A stretch of DNA of 64,000 bases from Bdellovibrionales bacterium (GCA_965203095.1 OZ241877.1:544001-608000), one strand, 5' to 3'; counted from the stretch's first letter, positions 45,182 through 55,542 are shown. Numbers and translations: made by a program. The notes: generated from the letters alone by a model not told the origin.

Positions 45182-45338
45182 TAGTCGTCCGTGAAAAAGC
45201 TGGACAAAAAGCCTCATCCTCTTTTTCCTGATTTTGTCCAAAGGCCATTCGGTGATGGTCCAAGGTATGGCCGTCCCGAAATGGAATGGTCCTTTGGACA
45301 AAAAAAGTTAAAAAACAAAGGTTTTTCACGGACAACTA
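45182..45338. mobile_element. 157-bp MITE-like element
   Basis: TIR TAGTCGTCCGTGAAAAA / TTTTTCACGGACAACTA (16/17), TATTTA at both junctions, internal long hairpin. Confidence 0.75.
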
Positions 45339-45380
45339 TTTAAAAAAAGAAAAAACCCCTTTAATAGCCATGAACCTTCC

Positions 45381-46940
45381 TTAATAATGCAACATGTTAA
45401 AGCCCTGCCCGTATTGGTAATTATACCTGTGACCGTGAGGATCCATTGAGGGGCTACAGGACCAGCCCCCTACTGGGGTATTGGTCCGGGTCAAGCCATG
45501 GAGGCCCTGGGCCATAAAAGGGAAACCGGCACTGGCTCCCGAAAAAGAGTAAAAGTCATGTTGAGCCTCATAGCCTTGGCGGATCCTCATCATATTGAGG
45601 TCCATCTGGGATTGACGACCTATACGGTAGCCTAAAACACCCATGCCCGCACCGGCCACAATGTTTAGTGCATTGCCAATAGTCTCGCCCACAGTGGGAC
45701 GACTGGCATCTAAAACCCTTTTTAAGCAGGAAATGCATATCCCGCCGGCTTCTGTTTTTCTTTGGGATTCTGAGTCGGTGGAATCTTTTTTATCTTCCAG
45801 ATCATCTTGTAAATCATCTAAATCTTTTTCTGCCTTAGCAATTTTTTTGACATAGCTTTGCATTCTTTTTAAGGCTCTATTGCAATCATTTTTATCCTGA
45901 GCATATTGATTGCAAAAACTTTGGCTCACCCGGCCCTTGTCTTGAAAAGCCTTATGATTTTGCCACTCCTCCTCACACTCTGTTGCTGTTTCAGCTGGTG
46001 GGGCTGGCTCTTCTGATTCTGTAGTTGGGGAGGGCTTTTTGGCTGGGATTGGGACTGTTTCTATAATAGGTCGTGCACCAGGATAACCTTCGGTGTCGCC
46101 TATTTGGCATGTTCTGTTTGTAAAAGTAAGTCCTTTGTTATCACATTCTATTCTTTCCTTAGTTTTTACGCATTTGTTATTGCCCGCTTTTATGAAACCT
46201 CTATGTTCAAGACAGTTACACTTTTTGTGCTGAAAACTCCAAAATAGTTCACCAGGACAGTCACAATAATAGCTCTCACTTATATGTTTTGTATATGTCC
46301 CACCGCCATTCTTGCATTCTTGTGCTTTTTGATCATCTATTCTGCTTGCATCTACTTCTACCTCAGACCTCCCAGATGCTAAAACGCCCTCTTTCTCAAT
46401 CTCTTCATTATCGCCATTAGTTGCATTAAAATTAAGAAGATCCTTACTAAAAGCGAAAGGGAAGGAGGCTCGCCACAAAATTTCCAGCATGGGCGAGTTG
46501 GGGAAAAAAGCAGATCTTAGCTCCCTTAAAAAACCCGGATCGGCAAAGCCCTGCCCCACTCTATAAGCAAAATAGCCATTTTTTAAGCCATCTAAGGAAG
46601 AAGTTTCAGCACAGTCAAAACCATTTTGCCGGGACTCCATATAATCGCGAATCTGGCTGGCCACTCTATATTTATCGTCTAAAGAAAGGGAATCCCCTAA
46701 CTCCCCTTCATATTTATCCAAAGATTTATAAAGTTTGTTGATGGATTTCTTTTTTTTCCGGATCTTTTTTCTTAAACTATCAATGGGTGATTCTTGTTTT
46801 GGAGGTTTAGACATCAGAGCCGCTAACTGAATGGGCGAATGGCACATACTATTATAAGCCCCAGCAGGGCTTAAAACCAAAGCCGGACTACAGATCAAGC
46901 CCAATAAGGAAATTCTTTTTAAATATGTCATAGACTCCAT
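45381..46940 (-). CDS. Secreted coiled-coil protein with Cys-rich insert, paralog of 42980-44803
   Basis: Shared C.(H/S)P..LAAL and TEA...C..CL, PT.G..(I/V)GNAL.I.AG, GYR.G, RQGY, GAS.G.PF, CSP motifs. Confidence 0.75.
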   Translation of the reverse strand: MESMTYLKRISLLGLICSPALVLSPAGAYNSMCHSPIQLAALMSKPPKQESPIDSLRKKIRKKKKSINKLYKSLDKYEGELGDSLSLDDKYRVASQIRDYMESRQNGFDCAETSSLDGLKNGYFAYRVGQGFADPGFLRELRSAFFPNSPMLEILWRASFPFAFSKDLLNFNATNGDNEEIEKEGVLASGRSEVEVDASRIDDQKAQECKNGGGTYTKHISESYYCDCPGELFWSFQHKKCNCLEHRGFIKAGNNKCVKTKERIECDNKGLTFTNRTCQIGDTEGYPGARPIIETVPIPAKKPSPTTESEEPAPPAETATECEEEWQNHKAFQDKGRVSQSFCNQYAQDKNDCNRALKRMQSYVKKIAKAEKDLDDLQDDLEDKKDSTDSESQRKTEAGGICISCLKRVLDASRPTVGETIGNALNIVAGAGMGVLGYRIGRQSQMDLNMMRIRQGYEAQHDFYSFSGASAGFPFMAQGLHGLTRTNTPVGGWSCSPSMDPHGHRYNYQYGQGFNMLHY

Positions 46941-47004
46941 TTTTTAAAAGCCCTTAACTGATTCCATAATAATTGAACCAGCTGATTAAAATCCACTATA
47001 AATA

Positions 47005-47032
47005 AAATCGGCAATTTAAAAGCCAAGCTTTA
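47005..47032 (-). promoter_or_regulatory. Possible sigma28 promoter
   Basis: TAAAG-N16-CCGATTT, 65 nt upstream of ATG 46940. Confidence 0.5.
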
Positions 47033-47105
47033 ATTATTCCCCCAAGACAAAAGTCCAAAAAAAGCCCTTTTTTTAGGGAATCTTTTTTGCATGTAAATAT
47101 TAGGT

Positions 47106-48332
47106 ATGAGGTGTTTTTTTGGAATAAGCCTTCTTTTTTGCCCTTTTTCCCCCATTTTATTAGCCGAAAAAATCATTTTATCCCCAGGAGAACTGGCCTT
47201 TATCCCCCGCCCTACGGATCAAAAAATTCGTATAGGGGACAAAAGTCTGTTATCCTTCCGGGCAGAACAGGGCCAGATCTCCCTTTTGGCCAGAAAACGG
47301 GGGCAGAGCCTGCTTGTGGCGGGCAATAAAAAGTATGAAATTTTTGTTCTGGAAAAGGAGAAAAAGCAAAAAGCCATAAAGTTAGACCAACTTTTAAACA
47401 AAATGTGGGGCTTAAGCTGGTCTCTTTCAAGTCAATCAATTTTTCAAATCACAGGGAGGCTTAACCGCCTTCATGACTATGTGGATCTGGCTGAGCTGAG
47501 CCAATCACTCAATATTTTATACGAGTTTAAGGCTTTGCCCGGCGAAGGTCTTAAACCAAGCATTAAACAATATTTTAAAAAAATTTTTAAAAATCAGATT
47601 CTTCCGGAATTTATTTGGGGAGAGCAAGCTTTAGCCTATACCCCTAAGGGGGCAGATCTCTCTTATTACAAAAATATTCTCCGGCCCTTTGGCCTTACTC
47701 CTAAGGAAGATCCTCTATGGTTTTTCAAAAATCCTTTTATTGAGATAGAAATCGCTTTGGTGGAGATTTTAAATTCTTCCAGCTTTTCCTTCAAAAGCCA
47801 AGATGGGGGATTTGATCAGGTTTTTTTAAAAAACTGGAGTTCTCTCTTAGGTTTTTTGAATTTTTTAAAAAGTTCCGGCTATGGGAAAAGCCTGCATCAC
47901 TCCTCCATTATAGCACAAAGTGGGCAAAGCTTGAAAATCCATTCCGGTGGCCAAATCCCCTTCCACAATTACAACACAAAAACAGAGCAAAGCAGTGCTC
48001 AGTGGAAGTCGCACGGACTTCAGCTCCATATCACTCCCACAGTGGGAAAAAGAGATCATATTTTGCTAACTATTAAGGCTCAGCTTTCAGAACCCCTGCC
48101 CCAAAGTTTTTTGTCCGGCCCTCCCCCTTTAAAAAACCAAAGTTGGGAGAGCCAGATAGTGTTAAAAAATCGGCAAATTTTAAAACTTTTCCATTTAAAA
48201 AAACAGGCTCAAGGGAAACAAAACAACAGCCAGATAGGCTGGCTTAACAGCCTCACTTATTCCCTTTTTGGCGGTAGTGGCCAACACAAAATGTCCCAGT
48301 TTGTTTTTATTCAAGCCCGAATTAAAAAATGA
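47106..48332 (+). CDS. Tad pilus secretin-like protein (CpaC/RcpA)
   Basis: C-terminal secretin-like IHSGGQIP...WKSHGLQLHITP; directly upstream of CpaF. Confidence 0.7.
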   Translation: MRCFFGISLLFCPFSPILLAEKIILSPGELAFIPRPTDQKIRIGDKSLLSFRAEQGQISLLARKRGQSLLVAGNKKYEIFVLEKEKKQKAIKLDQLLNKMWGLSWSLSSQSIFQITGRLNRLHDYVDLAELSQSLNILYEFKALPGEGLKPSIKQYFKKIFKNQILPEFIWGEQALAYTPKGADLSYYKNILRPFGLTPKEDPLWFFKNPFIEIEIALVEILNSSSFSFKSQDGGFDQVFLKNWSSLLGFLNFLKSSGYGKSLHHSSIIAQSGQSLKIHSGGQIPFHNYNTKTEQSSAQWKSHGLQLHITPTVGKRDHILLTIKAQLSEPLPQSFLSGPPPLKNQSWESQIVLKNRQILKLFHLKKQAQGKQNNSQIGWLNSLTYSLFGGSGQHKMSQFVFIQARIKK

Positions 48333-49444
48333 AACCGGAAAACAGCCTTTTTAAAGAGTTTGAAAGCATCCTCCATCTCTTCCAAAACAGCCTGACAGAA
48401 AAGGGCCTGAGCCTCCCCCCACAAGAAAAAAGCAATGATGAGAGCATCCACAAAATCATAGAGGAAAGCAGTTCTACAAAAAACAAACAGAGAATCCTGT
48501 CTGAATTTTCCAGTTTTGGACCCTTAGATGACCTCTTACAAGAACCCGACATCAATGAAATTATTATTTCCAGCAAAGATCATATTTTTTATGAAAAGTA
48601 TGGGAAGATTTTGCAATGGGAAGATAGTTTTTTATCCACAATCACTTTTCATAACATTGTTGAAAAGATAGGGGCACAGGCCCAAATTGCAGTGAATGTT
48701 AAAAAGCCCTTTGCTGAGGGGAAGTGGAAAGATTTCCGGGTGCATTTACTTCGCCCCCCTGTGGTGAAAGAGGATTTTCAGCTCTGTTTGAGGAGACATC
48801 CTAAAAGTTTTTGGACTTTAGACAAGTTGGAGGGAAAAAGCTGGGCAAGGCCCCAAGCTGTAGACATTGTTCGGCAATTTGTGCGGGATCGCTTGAATTT
48901 TTTAATTGTTGGCCCCACCAGCTCAGGGAAAACCTCTGTCCTCAATGCCTGTTTGCAAGAGCTTACCCCTGATGAAAGAGTCCTCAGTATTGAGGATACT
49001 GATGAAATCATCCTGCCCAACAAAGTGAGCACTAAACTTTTCAGCCAAACGGATCCGGAGAGTTTAAAAGCATCCATTAGCCAGCAGGAACTAGTCCGGC
49101 AGAGTTTGAGATTACGACCTGACCGAATTGTTATGGGTGAAGTCCGGGGGGAAGAGGCTAAGGATCTCCTCCTATCTCTTTCCACAGGCCATAGAGGGAG
49201 TATTGGCACCATCCACGGGAGTAGTCACAAACAGGCTTTATGGAAGTTGGAGACTTTGGCACAGATGGGTGCCCCTCAGTGGAGGAGTGAAACTGTCAAA
49301 AATTTGATATTTTCCAGCCTGAATGGGCTTTTGGTTTTGGAAAAAAGGGAAGGGATAAGACTTCTTAAAGGGATTTACAAAATCACGGCCTTAGAGCCTT
49401 CGGGTTTTTTATTTGAGAGCCTATTTGAAAGGCCCTCTGTTTGA
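48329..49444 (+). CDS. cpaF: Tad pilus ATPase CpaF/TadA
   Basis: GPLDDLL, GPTSSGKTS, IEDTDE, LRLRPDRIVMGEVRGEEA, TGH..TIH. Confidence 0.9.
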   Translation: MKPENSLFKEFESILHLFQNSLTEKGLSLPPQEKSNDESIHKIIEESSSTKNKQRILSEFSSFGPLDDLLQEPDINEIIISSKDHIFYEKYGKILQWEDSFLSTITFHNIVEKIGAQAQIAVNVKKPFAEGKWKDFRVHLLRPPVVKEDFQLCLRRHPKSFWTLDKLEGKSWARPQAVDIVRQFVRDRLNFLIVGPTSSGKTSVLNACLQELTPDERVLSIEDTDEIILPNKVSTKLFSQTDPESLKASISQQELVRQSLRLRPDRIVMGEVRGEEAKDLLLSLSTGHRGSIGTIHGSSHKQALWKLETLAQMGAPQWRSETVKNLIFSSLNGLLVLEKREGIRLLKGIYKITALEPSGFLFESLFERPSV

Positions 49445-49459
49445 GGGACTACTGGAATT

Positions 49460-50335
49460 TTATGTTTTATCCAGCCTCAAAACAGATTTTTTGGCTTTAA
49501 TAGCTAAAACCACACAGTCTTTTGAAAGGGCTTGGCTTTTCCCAAACTCATTGCAGGCAAACAAGACATTTTGCCGTATTTCTAAAACATCATCCGTCCG
49601 GTGGTGATTGACTGTGAGAGCAATGTTTTTCCGGCCAAAGCTTTGCCCTTTTTGGTTTTTCCTTTGAGCCACTCCGGGAGAGCAAAGTAAAAGTATGTCT
49701 CCGGGCTGAATGCTTAACTTGGCACTTTGAACAGGTTTTTGATGAAAATAAGGAGCTGAAGGAGGCAAAATATTTATGTCCTTCCCTGGAGGCTTTTTTC
49801 CAAAAAATATGTCTCCGGTCAAACAGTAATCTAACTCTAAAGAAGAGGCGGAGACAATGCCGTAAAACAGATGAATCTTTTCCTTCCGGCTCACAACGGA
49901 AAAGATCTGTTGGGAGATAAAGGAAAAAAAATCTTTTGCCGTTTTTTTGCCTTTCAAGTGAGGGGAAAATTTTAAAAAAGAAGACAAAAAAAGCGAACTC
50001 ACTGCATAGGCATTAAAACTGGAGAGCACAAATCCAAAATTCATGGAGTCTTTAATTTTAATCACATCAAAAAAATCCCCACTCACCCCTTGTTGGCATG
50101 GCAAAAATCTATAGCTAAATTCAAACCCATGAATTTGTGGTAAACGAACAGGAAGAAGATTTTTATGTATGTCACGGATAAGAGATAGATTTTTTTCTAA
50201 CTGGGTAGAAATGTTTTTAATTCGAGTATAAGACTGTGTTAAAGCTTTTTTCTGATTTTTCAAAATCTGATCTTTTTCTTTTAGTTTTTGCTCCAATAGC
50301 CGGACTTTCTTTTTTAAAAGATCGGGGTTTTTCAC
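49460..50335 (-). CDS. SpoIIE/PP2C-fold protein, degenerate active site
   Basis: Coiled coil, LLP..P, VSGDFFD; DxxGHG and (T/S)DG motifs replaced. Confidence 0.75.
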   Translation of the reverse strand: MKNPDLLKKKVRLLEQKLKEKDQILKNQKKALTQSYTRIKNISTQLEKNLSLIRDIHKNLLPVRLPQIHGFEFSYRFLPCQQGVSGDFFDVIKIKDSMNFGFVLSSFNAYAVSSLFLSSFLKFSPHLKGKKTAKDFFSFISQQIFSVVSRKEKIHLFYGIVSASSLELDYCLTGDIFFGKKPPGKDINILPPSAPYFHQKPVQSAKLSIQPGDILLLCSPGVAQRKNQKGQSFGRKNIALTVNHHRTDDVLEIRQNVLFACNEFGKSQALSKDCVVLAIKAKKSVLRLDKT

Positions 50336-51069
50336 AACAGGGCCTCCCTTTTTTTTGGTTGAAAAACATCATAACAAATAGAGTGGCTTTTAAAGCAATG
50401 AAGGACAGGCTGATAAAGCGACGGTTCCCGCCTTTGCCTTTTTACAACCACCCTCTTTTTGGCCTTTTGCAAAGCCATTTTTAAAAGAGCATGTTGATTT
50501 TTAGTCTCCCCTACAAGTTTTTTTAAAATCTGCATATTTTTTTTGCCCAAAGCCTTTTTTTTCTCTCCAAACATGGGATCCATATAAATAACATCGGGTT
50601 CATCTTCTGTTTTGAGCTGGCTCAAGTAATTTAAGCTATCACAAAGTATAAGTTGCAAACCTTTTATTTGAAAGTGAGTTTCCCCCAACTCATAAGGCTC
50701 AATTCCTTTTTGTGGATATAAACAATTGAGTTTTTGGTTTTTGCCTTTTGCTTTTTGCTCCAAATAGGATCGAACAAAATGAAAAACAAAAGGATGAGAC
50801 TCTACAGCCCTCACCTGACAACCCATTTGAGAAAGCAAAAAAGCCTCTCGTGCCCAACCGGCGGTAATATCTAAAACTTTTAGGGCCTGCCCTTTAAAGC
50901 CAATAGCTTTAAATAGAGCTTGGCTATGGAAGAGAGGTTTTTTATCTAAATCCAACACAAAATTGTAATGAGTGGTTTTAAGAGACCAAGCCCCTCCTTT
51001 TGTTTTTTTGACCTGCCAACCAGTGGGGAGGGGAAATGTGTCAAAAAACTTTTCCTGAATGGAACTCAT
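50332..51069 (-). CDS. rsmJ: SAM-dependent methyltransferase, RsmJ-like
   Basis: VLDITAGWAREAF, PDVIYMDPMF, KRVVVKR. Confidence 0.8.
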   Translation of the reverse strand: MSSIQEKFFDTFPLPTGWQVKKTKGGAWSLKTTHYNFVLDLDKKPLFHSQALFKAIGFKGQALKVLDITAGWAREAFLLSQMGCQVRAVESHPFVFHFVRSYLEQKAKGKNQKLNCLYPQKGIEPYELGETHFQIKGLQLILCDSLNYLSQLKTEDEPDVIYMDPMFGEKKKALGKKNMQILKKLVGETKNQHALLKMALQKAKKRVVVKRQRREPSLYQPVLHCFKSHSICYDVFQPKKREALL

Positions 51070-51091
51070 AATTTTACCTGCTCCGCTTTTA

Positions 51092-51161
51092 ACCCGATTT
51101 TATTGGAAAACTCCTGCCTTTTGGACTCTGTTTTGACCGGAAAATTCAAATCTGATCAGGA
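51092..51161. mobile_element. Degenerate copy of the 74-bp MITE
   Basis: Core ACTCTGTTTTGACCGGAAA identical to 14920 copy; overlaps polyprenyl synthetase stop. Confidence 0.7.
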
Positions 51162-52159
51162 CAATCCCATTTTTGTCTCCAATAGAGAAAATACATCCAA
51201 CTTTTCAACAGGGCTGGAAGAGCCTTTTCCCTTTTTTTTAAAAAAGGCTTGAGCCGGTCTATCTCCTTATGGCCCTTTTTTATTATTTGTGAATTGACCT
51301 GATCAAAAGCCTGAATCCTATTTTTAAAATCCGGGAAAAGTTTGTGGACAGAGGCTAAAGTTCTCAGTTTTTTTAACTCCCTTTCCTGCCGAGGGTTGGC
51401 ATTTTTAAGTAAAAAACAAGCAAAAGAGTTAAAATAAGTTTGACGGAGATCGGAGAAACAATGTTTTTTGTCTTTATTCCGGACAGAAAAATCCATCAGA
51501 TCATCCGACCTTTGAAATAAAAGGCCCATCTGCCGGCCCAAATTTTCTAACAAAGGATATAACGAGAACCTGTCTCTCCTCTGGTAAATAAATGGGGCTT
51601 GCAAACACCATTTGAATAGGCTGGCGGTTTTCAGCTCACTCACTTTATCTCTCTTTTTTAAGTTTTTGTCACAAAAACCCAGCAGTTCCCTTTGAAGGAA
51701 CTCCCCTTCTGCTAACTGGCTAAGTGCCCTGGCCGTTTGTTTTATTAAAGTCAAATTTCCCTCCTGGGCCAAATAAATATTCACTTTAGCTAAAAGATAA
51801 TCCCCCGCCAGCACAGCTTGAGATGGGGAAAACTCCAACCAAGCGGTGGGGCTATTCCTCCGGGTTTTGGAATGATCGATAAAATCGTCATGCAATAAGG
51901 AGGAATTGTGTATATACTCTACAATCCGGGATAAAAATAAAACCTCTTTCGTGCTCAGTTGGAGGATATGGCCTATTTGTGAGCTTAACTGCGAGCGAAG
52001 CCCCTTACCATGGAAAAAAATTTTTTTGCAAATCCCTCTCAATTCAAGAGGTTGCTTTCTTAAATCCCTCTTATCTAACAGATAGAATAAACTCCCCATC
52101 AAAGCCACCTTTCTTGTTTGTGTGTAGGAGATTATCCTGCTTTTTTTTAAAAAAGTCAT
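51146..52159 (-). CDS. Polyprenyl diphosphate synthase
   Basis: GKGLR, LLHDDFID..TRR, AVLAGD, KTASLF, FQRSDDLMD. Confidence 0.9.
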   Translation of the reverse strand: MTFLKKSRIISYTQTRKVALMGSLFYLLDKRDLRKQPLELRGICKKIFFHGKGLRSQLSSQIGHILQLSTKEVLFLSRIVEYIHNSSLLHDDFIDHSKTRRNSPTAWLEFSPSQAVLAGDYLLAKVNIYLAQEGNLTLIKQTARALSQLAEGEFLQRELLGFCDKNLKKRDKVSELKTASLFKWCLQAPFIYQRRDRFSLYPLLENLGRQMGLLFQRSDDLMDFSVRNKDKKHCFSDLRQTYFNSFACFLLKNANPRQERELKKLRTLASVHKLFPDFKNRIQAFDQVNSQIIKKGHKEIDRLKPFLKKREKALPALLKSWMYFLYWRQKWDCPDQI

Positions 52160-52280
52160 TGTTTTTTCTCAGCAATGTATTGGCCTCTATTTTTGGCCTT
52201 CTGCGTAATATCCTCAAACTTTCCATTCCATTATCTCAATCATCTGTGAGTTATAGCCAATAAAACATCCTCCTATTTGC

Positions 52281-52485
52281 TTTTGCCCAAAGGCCACTCC
52301 ATGAGGGTCCAAGGTATGGCCGTCCCGAAATGGGGTAGCCTTTGGGCAAAAAAACTAAAGAATATTGCTTTTTAGCAAGGTTTGCAAAAGGACAAGCTTT
52401 TCTGGATTCCCGCTCTCAAAGGAATGACTGTGTTCGCGATAGCCAAGCTGAATAGAAAAATGACTTGCTTTTTCACGGGCGACTA
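52281..52485. repeat. Composite REP/MITE element
   Basis: Hairpin homologous to 45233-45304, TGGATTCCCGC..GGAATGAC, right end TTTTTCACGGGCGACTA. Confidence 0.8.
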
Positions 52486-52540
52486 ATTAATATAGGTATA
52501 ATAACAGTATGGAGTTCTCAAATAAAGTGAGTAGGAAACT

Positions 52541-55090
52541 ATGGCTCTTCAAACCACCCCTTTAATGCATCAATACAAAAAAATCAAAAGCATGCATAAA
52601 GATAAAATTTTGTTTTTTCGCATGGGAGATTTTTTTGAAATGTTTGACCAGGATGCAGAAATAGTAGCACCCATTTTAAACATTGCCTTAACTTATCGCA
52701 ACAAAAAGGCCGGCCTAAAAACCAAAATGTGTGGTGTGCCTCACCATAGCATTTCTGCCCCTATATCCAAACTTTTATCTGAGGGCTTGCAAGTGGCTAT
52801 ATGCGATCAAATTGAACCCGCAACCCCAGGAAAATCTTTGGTTAAAAGAGCAGTGACTCGAGTGCTCAGTCCAGGGATGGTTTATGACTTAGACACTTTA
52901 GATCAGCTCATGGCCAATTACATGGGGGCTTTTGACAAAAATCATATCAGTTTTTTAGATCTGTCCACTGGTTCTGCTTTTTATTATGAACTCTCCAACA
53001 GTGCTGATTTTTTTAAGCTTTTAGAGCAATTTCAACCTCGTGAGCTGGTTGTCACATTAGCTCAAAAAGAAAAATGCTCTTCATGGCCTAAGCCTTCTTC
53101 TCCCGCTTTTAGCCTTTTTGACAGAGCTTGGCCGGAAGAGGCTTTTTTACCAGTGCCCTCTTTAAAAAGGTTCAGCCCCTTCCCCCAAAGTGCGAAAAGG
53201 CTGGTGCATTATGTTTATTGCACTCAAGGGGAAGAAAGCCTCAAACTCATAAACTCTTTTGACAAACTCAATTTAAACAAAAATATGTTTTACTCCCATC
53301 AACTTTACTCCCATTTAGAGGTTTTTAAAAATTATGAAGGCCATTCAAAAGACACATTATTTTCTGCTATTAACCGGACAAAAACTCCTTGTGGTGCTCG
53401 GCTGTTAAAAAAAAGGCTAAAATGCCCCTCGATAAATCAGGAGGAAATTGAGAAACACTATGATCAAATAGATTGGTGGATCTCCAACTCTCAACTTTTA
53501 GAGCCTGCTCGTAAAATTTTGACACAGATGGGGGATGGGGAGAGGAAGTTAGGCAAAATTGTCCAACCCAACTGTAACGGTAGAGATATTTTAAGCCTGT
53601 CTTTATGGTTGGACTTGGGCTTAGAGATGGGGGATCTTCTTAAAAATAAATTTTCTATAGAAAAGATAGAAAAAGCTCACAGCTTAAGGGATAAAATCAA
53701 ACATGTTGTCTCTTCCTCCTGCCCTCCTCTTTTAAAAGAAGGAGGGCTTATTAACAAGGGAGTCAACCCTCAGTTAGATGAATGGATGAATTTGGCTAAA
53801 AATGCACAGGCCAGCCTTTTAAAAATGGAACAAAGGGAGCAAAAAAAACTTCAAATTCCTTCTTTAAAAATTCGCTATAATAATGTGTTTGGCTATTATA
53901 TTGAGATCAGAAAAATCCATAACTCTAAAGTTCCTTCTCATTATATGAGGAAACAAACTTTAACTCAAGCCGAACGATACACCACAGCTGAGCTGAGCAG
54001 TTTAGAGGAAAAGATCCTCTCTGCCCGCTCCCGACAAATAGAAATGGAATACCAAATTTTTAAAGATTTAAGAGGGGAGGTTTTAGAGGCACTGCCTGAA
54101 CTTTTAGCCCTTTGTGAACAATGGAGTCAGATGGATGTGCACTCGGCTTTAGCTTTTTTGGCTATAGAGAACCGATACACTCGCCCTCGTTTTGCTCATC
54201 ATCTCAAATTGGTAAATAGCCGGCACCCTGTTTTAGAGCAAAAAACTTTTCATGAGTTTGTGCCCAATACCATCGAGCTGGATCGCCATCAGACTTTAAT
54301 TCTAACAGGGCCTAATATGGCGGGGAAAAGCACTTTAATGCGTCAAACGGCTTTAACTGTTTTACTTGCACAAAGTGGTTGTTTTGTGCCAGCAGATCAG
54401 GCAGAACTTCCGCTTTTTCATAAAATGTTCACTCGGATTGGTGCCAGCGATCTTTTATCGCAAGGGCTTTCTACCTTTATGGTGGAAATGAAGGAAACCG
54501 CAGAAATTTTGGAAAAAGCAGACGACAAAAGCCTCATCATCTTAGACGAAATAGGAAGAGGCACAGCCACTTTTGACGGGATGAGTCTGGCTCAATCCAT
54601 TTTAGAGTTTTTAACGGTAGAAAAAAAGCCTTTTCTGCTTTCTGCCACTCATTATCAAGAGCTGACACAAATGGCTCAGCAAAATAAAAACATTCATAAT
54701 GGATCTATGGCCATTCGTGAAGAGGCTGGGGATATTCACTTTCTTTATCTTTTACAAAAAAGTCCGGCGGGCAAGTCTTATGGGATTGCTACAGCTCGCC
54801 GGGCGGGCCTTCCTCCCGCAGTAGTGGAAAGGGCTTGCCAACTTTTAAACCATTATGAACAAAGCTCTTCTAAAACTGAAAAAGAATTTCCTAAAAGAAA
54901 AGCCAACAGCGACTATAGCACATTAATTAAAGAGATCTCAGAATACCCTTTAATGACTCAAAGCCCTATAGACGCAATGAATCAAATACAAAAATGGCAA
55001 AAAGCCATTCAGCAAAAAGTTAGAAAAAGCTTGAAAACAAAGACTCAGAGCCGTTTGCAACAAGATCTTTTCTTAAGCACCCTGAATTAA
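52541..55090 (+). CDS. mutS: DNA mismatch repair protein MutS
   Basis: TPLMHQY, FRMGDFFEMF, TGPNMAGKST, STFMVEM, DEIGRGT, ATHY, SYGI. Confidence 0.97.
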   Translation: MALQTTPLMHQYKKIKSMHKDKILFFRMGDFFEMFDQDAEIVAPILNIALTYRNKKAGLKTKMCGVPHHSISAPISKLLSEGLQVAICDQIEPATPGKSLVKRAVTRVLSPGMVYDLDTLDQLMANYMGAFDKNHISFLDLSTGSAFYYELSNSADFFKLLEQFQPRELVVTLAQKEKCSSWPKPSSPAFSLFDRAWPEEAFLPVPSLKRFSPFPQSAKRLVHYVYCTQGEESLKLINSFDKLNLNKNMFYSHQLYSHLEVFKNYEGHSKDTLFSAINRTKTPCGARLLKKRLKCPSINQEEIEKHYDQIDWWISNSQLLEPARKILTQMGDGERKLGKIVQPNCNGRDILSLSLWLDLGLEMGDLLKNKFSIEKIEKAHSLRDKIKHVVSSSCPPLLKEGGLINKGVNPQLDEWMNLAKNAQASLLKMEQREQKKLQIPSLKIRYNNVFGYYIEIRKIHNSKVPSHYMRKQTLTQAERYTTAELSSLEEKILSARSRQIEMEYQIFKDLRGEVLEALPELLALCEQWSQMDVHSALAFLAIENRYTRPRFAHHLKLVNSRHPVLEQKTFHEFVPNTIELDRHQTLILTGPNMAGKSTLMRQTALTVLLAQSGCFVPADQAELPLFHKMFTRIGASDLLSQGLSTFMVEMKETAEILEKADDKSLIILDEIGRGTATFDGMSLAQSILEFLTVEKKPFLLSATHYQELTQMAQQNKNIHNGSMAIREEAGDIHFLYLLQKSPAGKSYGIATARRAGLPPAVVERACQLLNHYEQSSSKTEKEFPKRKANSDYSTLIKEISEYPLMTQSPIDAMNQIQKWQKAIQQKVRKSLKTKTQSRLQQDLFLSTLN

Positions 55091-55180
55091 AGTCCAGTTT
55101 TTTTTAAAAATTATAGATTTTAGTCTTGATTATTTTATCGGACCTATTGCTTAATTAAAGCAGAAATCCAAGGAGGGATT

Positions 55181-55540
55181 ATGCAACCTTTTACTGCAAA
55201 CCAAAAAAAGTTTTTAGAAGATCACTTTCTCACAAAAAACCTTTCAAAATCAGAAGTGAATGTTGTCATTTTGGTTTTGCAGGGTCTTATAAACAGAGAG
55301 GTAGCCAATAGGCTCTGTGTGGCGGAAAAAACCATTAAGTTTCATCTTGGGAATGCCTACAAAAAACTGAATATTTCCAGAAGATCTCAGTTGATATGGA
55401 CATTGCCTTTAGCCAATTTTGTAGGGGTTACTGAAAAACCCGCTGTCCCCGCTTTTAGCCCTTCGTCACCTGAAGAGCCCAAAAGTGCTGAGGAAAGCAT
55501 TCCCTCTGGAATATCCACAGTAAATGATATGTTGAAATAA
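55181..55540 (+). CDS. LuxR/GerE-type HTH regulator
   Basis: LSKSEVNV...GLINREVANRLCVAEKTIKFHL.NAYKKL. Confidence 0.88.
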   Translation: MQPFTANQKKFLEDHFLTKNLSKSEVNVVILVLQGLINREVANRLCVAEKTIKFHLGNAYKKLNISRRSQLIWTLPLANFVGVTEKPAVPAFSPSSPEEPKSAEESIPSGISTVNDMLK

Positions 55541-55542
55541 GT

